DNA of 64,000 bases from assembly GCF_040938485.1 (NCBI RefSeq), contig NW_027270954.1, positions 496,001 through 560,000 of the forward strand, read 5' to 3'. Positions 56,378 through 64,000 of the stretch are shown here, piece after piece. This stretch comes from Diadema antillarum (taxonomy: Eukaryota). Under the pieces are notes generated by a model. The model was given only the letters and a program-made list of their open reading frames with translations. It was not told the DNA's origin and searched no databases. Positions within the stretch are counted from its first letter, which is position 1. Each line of letters opens with the position of its first letter. The translations under genes and the position numbers were made by a program.

Positions 56378-59300
56378 CTGTAATTATACATGACGTGTGG
56401 TTTGAATAACATAGTTGTGTATAATTATAGACTAACTACGAAATTGGTAATGCACTCAACACTCGAAACCACACAAATCTCCTTAAAAGATGCACTAATG
56501 TACATTACTTTAACCCATTATTTAGCGCGGGCAATGTATAAATATTCGGTAATCATTTTCATGCTCTTATGAATATCTACATACTGACGCACATTATGCA
56601 AACTATTATCAGAGTTATCATGAATTATGTACGACTAAGGTCACATTGACAGGTCTTTCTGTATACATAATGATCAACACATAACAGTATTCTGCACAAT
56701 TATTGTTTTCTGTGTTACATTTGAAAGCATTGTCCGAAGTGATAATGAAAAAGCAATTATCAAAATTATATATCAAAGCTTCTTGCTGATTACTAGCATA
56801 TTGTCGGTGGGCCTACTGGCCTTGTAGGATGACGGCGAGGACTTCACCATTGATGATAACAGAGTATCTTGGTCCTTTGTTAGCGTGGAAAAGCATTTCC
56901 CTGAACGGCGGTAAGGGAGTACGCACACACACACACACACACAAAAAAATTCAAAAACACACACACACAAAAACGAAGAAAAAAAAAACTAAACTTCTCA
57001 TTTCCATACTCGTGTTCATGTGACTCGTTATCGGAGGAGTAAATGTCACCACTGACTCAGTGAGCGAATACTAAAACCAACATGCCAATTTATAGTAGCC
57101 TTTCTTCAATTTTTTTTGTACTTTCCACGTTGTACTCTTGTTACCTTCGTTTCAATCGGGCAACGTGGTTTTCAAGGAGAAAAAAAAAATATTAGATACG
57201 AACAATCAACTGTTTTTGAGAGTTGAAATTCAGACACTGTCAGATGAATGTAATTAGGTGCGTCGACGCACATACATTGGTGTCTCCTTTAACTCTAGCA
57301 TGTAGATTGTACTTGCATTCATTGTGTGTGTATGTGCGCCCTTGTGTGTGTATCTGTGTGTATTTTGGAACATTTTCAACTTATCAAGCTGCATGTACTC
57401 ACCCGCATATCCGGGACATGCACTTTCGCCGCAAGTACCGCTGCCGCAGTAATAATTATTAGTGAGTCCATTGTACTCCTTGACTTGGTCTGCCTCTGTC
57501 AGGCAGAGTTGCTTTACCCCCTATCCCTTATGCATTATATTTCATCAGTTACATTTACGATATCACTCATTAGTGCATGAATGGAAAAATTAGGATGAAA
57601 TCTCCCTCAATACTCGACTGCAATAACAGGAATGTGGGAAATGACATAACGCATTAACAGTACAAGAGTAGTAAAAAACCCTCTTTATCACTTCCGTCTG
57701 ACTATGATTTAACACCTCCTGGCAAAATCAGTCATTGGTAATAAATCCTGTCTTGATACTTTTGTTCAAACCAGTGATCACCATTTTAGCATTCTTCTAC
57801 CTCTTTAGCAAAACTTACGAGATTAACGTGATAAATTCGATTAAATTAAAAATATACCCTGTTGGTTGAAAGGGGAAGAAAATAGACCTACATAGACGAC
57901 TTTGATATGGAGATCATTTGAATACTATTTTTTATTCAACCAAAAGTTGTATGTAATTCACAAATTCAGAATCATTTCTCAACATGTACATACTGCGCAC
58001 TTTCTAATTGATTAGAAGTAATTCTAATGCGGGCCTTCTACCTACACACGTAGAGTAGACGTTATGTCATGCAGTGCATTCGTCTTACAGCACTTTCTGT
58101 CCATGGGTATAAAAAGTGAGTCATTAACACAAAACTACACACCTTTAGAAGTTATTTCAGCCAAGGTAAGATTGATAAAAGATCAAATACGGTGCCTTTT
58201 CTGTAGCTTTAGAAAATGCTTACCTTAACTGGTGTTAAAAGCCTACTCTTCGCGATTTACATCACAGTCGGCAAAAGTTCACATCCGTTTCCAAAGTCCT
58301 TTGCTTTTACCTTTGCGTCTTCCATGTGGTAAATATCTTTGTCACCAAACATATTTCAACCAATCAAAACTCTGGTGTCTTCTAAGGAGATCGCACATAC
58401 CAATATATGCTGCTCGATAAGTACATCATGTTATTTCTTGCCTATATACTTATTTTCGCCTGTGCAGAGATCTTTTTGGACTTCGAAACTACAGGTTTGC
58501 ACCATGTACAAGATTCCCCATATAACCCTTACAGCCATAGGGCAGAAAAATTCTGCCTTTCTACTCAAGCGATTTCTATTTTGTGCTCCATTCGGCCTGT
58601 CTTTAAGGTACTTTATAGTTTTTATATAGTCATATACCTTCACGGCATACTATTTATTGGCTATTTTGTATTCCAATTTCATGTTACTATTTTTGTTGCG
58701 GTCAGCCTACTCACAGTACTTAGATGGTCCGATATGAAAGCCTCCAAGTCTGTCTAATGACTCTGTTGGAAGTATGTACCACCATGCCTTCAAATAAGCA
58801 CATTTATCATGCTTACCAAGTTGAAATAGGTGACAAATGGTGTGCTGGTCTGCTCAGGGATTCTTGTGGAAAGGTTGCCGAGTTAATCCAACGATAATAG
58901 TGTTCTTAGCGTCTTAAAATTTGCTGGTTTTGGTCTGCTGACTTGATTGTCGGTGAAAGGTCATATCCGATCGAGATGCTCATTGGGTTGCGTACACTCT
59001 GTGTGGAGAGAGCGATGCGGAGTGGGCGTGAACAGTATAAGTCAAATCTACCATACAAAGTTTGTAAAAAGAATGGATAATTCCCATTAAGACAATTGTA
59101 AGTATCAAGAAACACTTCAACGACTTTCAAGGTTGTTTAATTTATCAAATCTGTGACATACGAAACTTTCCAAATTGCCAAATCACGCCCATTGTGACAG
59201 TGCTATCGATAATTTATTGTCTGGTTTTTTTTTCTCTTTTGACATGACAAGATCTCTATTGATATCTGTGTCTCAAAGAAGACGAAAGTGTCTGCTCATT

Positions 59301-60485
59301 TCAGTATAGTTTTAGAGCTGTTTCTCCCATCCGCGATATCTACCATTATTATTTTGGCATTATACATTTTAATGAGTTATTCTCAGGCATTTCATTACAG
59401 AAAAGATAAATGACTGAAGGTATTTCAAATTTCTGTGTCCTTTCTAAGCACACAGTTAAGATGTCCGTTCAAAGCCCGAGATTTTCTGCCCTTTTACTTC
59501 AGTCGACTCTGATGCTTGCATGACAAATTTTGCACTCATTATTTCGGAAATCCGTCACACTTATGTTGTCAAGAATATCTCCATTTGTAAACGATCTATT
59601 TATCTTTCCTTTCTGGGTCATATCATGTTGAATGAAAGGAGCATGTATTCCACAGATGATGAAATTTCAGTCTCGGTGTATCACTGTGTGAAAGGTGACT
59701 TCCGTCTAAGGTTTCCAGGACCAGATTTTGAAGCGCCCTCTATTTCTGTCACAGATATCGTTATGTTGACTGACAGCAACATTTACAAATTTGTATTTTA
59801 CTAGATTCAGTTCACATGAGTGTAATAACACAATGCGAGAAAAGAAAATTAATTCTAATGTCATTTTCAGTGTTATATTTAGCAAGTGCCACATTCAGAA
59901 ATTACTATATCCCCGATAGTGATGAGCGTACACACAAACAAGAGCACACACAGAGAAACACACACGCTAGAACATGAACATCAAACAAAACCGAGCCATA
60001 CCTATAAATCACTTGTAATGTACAACAGCATTAAATGTATATTCTCTTTCTCCCTTTATCATGCTTATTGTAGGTGATGAATAATATAGTTATATTGGCA
60101 GGCTTTGCATTATAATTATAGATATTGTCCCTTGAGATTACGTCTGAATTCACTGACATGTCTTAAAAAAATATAAACTGATGTTTTTGATACTTTAATA
60201 AGAAAAAGATTACAAAAGTTATATGTTCGTCATGATAAATATGTATTTCTTTTAAAATAGTAGAATGATGCAAGTCAAATAAGTTTGCTGCAAATAGGAA
60301 TGAATTCAGTTTGGCATTGGGCCAAAGCTTGCTCGCGCCGAACGGAAAGGCAGAAAATGACAGCAAAATTGAAGCCTGAAAGTCTTTGTTTTCACTCTAT
60401 TTCGACATTTGTCATGCAGTAAATTAACTAACTAGGTTATTTCAGGTGAGTGCTTCAAATTTGCGATGATGGTATATTGATATAC

Positions 60486-60710
60486 CATTAATTCTTAAGT
60501 TCTCGTCCTTTCTACATCCTTTGCTAAAGTCATAAATGTCTATAGATCGGCTGGCTTCGCTGGTGGTGATAAAGTCGTCTGTGATTTGGACGCCATTCAA
60601 ATACCATGTTAAAACAGCCGACCCGTGGATGTCATTTCCGGAGCACACTGCCGTGACTTCACGGCCAGCCCGGAGAGGAGAGGGAACTTCGAGGTTCATC
60701 GTCATGGCAG
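60486..60710 (-). CDS. Host receptor gene: exon encoding the first half of an Ig domain
   Basis: TTCTTTCAG acceptor. LRAGREVTAVCSG...LTWYLNG. The donor position (GTATAT) is uncertain. Confidence 0.55.
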
Positions 60711-61127
60711 CTGAAAGAACAATATCAGAAAAGGATTGATGATGAAATACGAATAATAGACATGATAGAGTGAGTCTTGTTTCGTTTCCGAAATATGAAT
60801 ATTACACAAAATATTGGAGGAAAGAAATGAATAGAATTAACTAATTATTGCGTATTGTGCAAGGGACAGTTATCTGCGTATCCTGTCGATTCATTAAAAA
60901 AAAATTTACAACTAACAAAGACAAGGACGCTGTATTCATAGGACATTGTGTCAATGAATTATATTTATTCCCAGTCTCATAGTGCTGTATGATTTTCTCT
61001 TTGTCCCATAATTTCCCAGCCATTTGATTGCTGCTTCTCATGTTGTAATTTGTCAATAAAGATCCATTTCGATCTATCATTTAGTACTGCAAAATGATAA
61101 CCAGAGTAAAACTGTCGTGCTCCTTAC

Positions 61128-61188
61128 CACCATGATGAATATTTATGAGAAGAATCCCAACGGAAACCAACGCCCGGCAGTCCATCAT
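61128..61188 (-). CDS. Host receptor gene: signal-peptide exon
   Basis: MMDCRALVSVGILLINIHHG followed by a phase-1 GTAAGG donor, compatible with the exon starting at 60710. Confidence 0.55.
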
Positions 61189-62930
61189 TTTGATGAGATT
61201 CCTTGAGAATCCTGCTGAAAGAAGATGAAAAGAATTTAATAGACCAGAGAGCAAATAATGCAATGATACAACGCATTAAAAAGACAAACAACCATGGAAT
61301 ATCATAAGCAAAGCAACAAAATGTACAGCGAAGAAAAAATCATTGATTTCTGCTTTCATGTCTTGGTAGAGAAGAATTGGTATCTAGAATTAGAAAACAT
61401 TACTGTTTATAAGAAAATGTCAGTATTCACGGTCTTCGGTATAATTATGCTTCTACTCACAAGTATCACTGTGTGAAGACAAGAAGTATAACATGTGTTA
61501 AAGCTTTACAGAGATACTCGTCTATACCGTTAAAGTCGAAGCTGGTATTAATCATTATAGTTCGCCATCAGCAGGCAACCAAACTTCCTTGTTTTCATTG
61601 AGTCACTGATAGGTAGATGCATTGAAAAGGGACAACTCACATGATGACATAACCAAGATTCATCCGCGTAATGTGATAAGTCATATATGGTCTATTGCTT
61701 TTTAATCTCACATGGTTTCCTCCCCGCACTTTGTTCCTTTGTTTTACTTCAGTTCAATCTAACTTATTTGAACTACCATCTTACAATTTTACTGAAGCTT
61801 TCAAATTTGGATTTCACATCTGTGTTAGAACATAATTATTGATATTTATTATAAACAAGCTAACTTGCAGGAAAAAAAATATTTCGACAAATATATATAC
61901 ATATATATTATATATACATATATACTTATATATACATATTATATGTTATATACTTCTTTGCGACCCTTTCATCACATTATTCCTTACTGATAAAGCCTAC
62001 TTAAGATCTAATTTGTATTCTGCCATTGATCGACAAAACAGTTCTCATCAAAGTCACTTGAAGGTGTTCAGTGCTAATGATATTTAGAGATTTAAAATGA
62101 AATGAACAGAATCAAAATTAAAAGCAAAAATGAAAATTAGAGCTTTGAAATAGGAAAGTTCAATTAGTTTTTAGCATCGTGTTTAGTAAGAAAATTATCA
62201 TACTCTTAATAACTGAACTTTTAATGGATTTTCACATTTTAGATTGCATGGCTCTATTAATCCTATCCAGCATATAAGTTATTAAGTATGAAATGAACAC
62301 AACATCATATCTAACGACTGAAAAAAAAAATATAATTACTTCCTAAAGAGATAGTCATTGATACTTATGCGTTTGATACAAGGCATAAAAAGGTACAAAG
62401 CTATTTGCATATTGATAGGCCTATGCGTATTTCGCAAGGACATCAAATAATCTTTCAATTAAAATGAACATTTTGATTCAGCAAAATAGTATGGCGAAGA
62501 AAATAGATTGAGAAGAGTGCTAAAGTGATAACTGCAAGAGTTCAGGGACTCATTTCACAAGAATTTAACCAAAAATGGTGTTGAAATGTCTTACTTGTGA
62601 GAATAGACGAATTATAATTAGAAGTGGGGAAGAAGGCAGTGCCAGCCGTTATTGGTTTGTGTAGCATCAGCGTAAAGCTACACTTGTTATTAGATATTCA
62701 CCATCAACTCTATCGATGTAAAGTCTGTTCTTGTTTTCACTGCCTGGCAAATTACCGGTTTCTGTTGACGTATGCCGTCCTACAAGTCCGTAGCCAAATA
62801 TTCTCACTGTACTTCCTCTATTGACAATTCATGATACATAGCGGTACACACGGTGAATGTGTACATACACTGATCGTACGTTTTAAACTTTATTGTCAGA
62901 TACAATATCATCTTACGCATCCCTACGTAT

Positions 62931-62978
<48 letters not shown>

Positions 62979-62981
<3 letters not shown>

Positions 62982-63446
62982 TATATGAATATAAGAACGA
63001 CCCAAGTCCATGGAAGATCATTTCGAGTAAACTAAAAAAAAACTTCATATCTTTTTTATTTGTCCAATAATATTCTATTTAACTGTGATGGGAAGGCAAC
63101 ATTGTATATACAACTTAGAATATATATTATTATGACAATTAACATTTGCATTGATAGTGGAGAGGCCATTTTGTGTGGTGGACTTGGGTCGTTCTTTGAT
63201 TCATGTACATGATATTCTGCTATAGAGATGAGAGAAGGATGAGAGAGGGCGCTATCATATGAATGTAAGAATAACCCAAGTCCTTCATTCTTACATTAAT
63301 ATAAGATTTAACTCATTAATTTCAGGCACTTCCGGGGGTAATTAGGATTTATCATTTATACACAAGATGAGTCCATGCATAAGCTACAATTTCCCAAGTC
63401 AAACTGAATTTGGCCAAAAATTGGACTTGGGTCGTTCTTATATTCA
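62979..63446. mobile_element. ~470-bp MITE, copy 2, embedded in (TA)n
   Basis: Near-identical to 9302-9802, with TA repeats on both flanks. Confidence 0.75.
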
Positions 63447-64000
63447 GGTCTTCATATATAAATTATATATATATATATATATATATGATACAAATATAGA
63501 ATTTAGTTTTATTTAGTTTGGTATACGTCATGTCATCTAATTTCGTTATTGGTTTCTATGTTTCGAATCGTATCGTGTTGTTGTCGTGAAATATGGGAAA
63601 AGCTGTCAATGAGACTGTGAGTTGAAATTTTAAGTATCGTTCGTCCTTGTTTTCTAACAGTTGTGTGATATTAATGCTGGAGTTGGAGATATGTCAAACT
63701 CCTTTTGACACCTGGGGGCATTTCATGAAGAGTTTTGGTCCGATATGCTTTCTGACAAACTGTTACAAGCTACTGAAAACCTTGCATCGGATTGGCTGAG
63801 AGCAAATTTGTGCGACAACTTTGTCGGACAAAATACTTAATGAAATGCCCCCAAAGAAATGGAATATGTTAAATTGCATCAGATTCTCAAGAAAACAAGG
63901 TGAATTTCTTCCCGTTAAATTTAGGTGGGTGTTCGTTGAAGACAACTGATTCAACATGCCTTTTACATTGTACACATTTGTAATGTCAGCATGGTCAGAG

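Noticed and set aside
56780-56900. Possible extra host exon (…PRYSVIINGEVLA…)
   Set aside because: In-frame stop and no clear donor.
58810-58990. Possible second-half Ig exon (…SADQNQQILR…) with a GTAAGC donor
   Set aside because: Stops in all frames from the best acceptor. At most a degenerate exon.

Overview
AT-rich eukaryotic genomic DNA, probably a marine invertebrate (echinoderm-like is inferred from the SRCR/Ig exons and repeat content). It is dominated by two nested Maverick/Polinton (adintovirus-like) elements. Outer element A spans 13303-47180, with 399-bp TIRs and a GCTGTA TSD. It carries integrase, minor capsid, core protein, major capsid, protease, ATPase, pPolB and a PC4-like gene. 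Inner element B spans 17856-33920 (ATCGGC TSD) and is a related but distinct family inserted in the opposite orientation inside A's major capsid gene. B is rearranged: its polB-side end has been replaced by an inverted ~3.5-kb copy of its integrase-side end. It therefore has two integrase genes, an intact capsid/protease/ATPase module and only a broken polB remnant, yet it integrated with a perfect TSD. Both elements share an overprinted gene pair next to the terminus and a small membrane-protein ORF between polB and the ATPase. The flanks contain MITE-like repeats, an ~865-bp tandem duplication and a minus-strand host gene with signal peptide, Ig-like, SRCR and TM exons. All comparisons were made by eye and no databases were searched.
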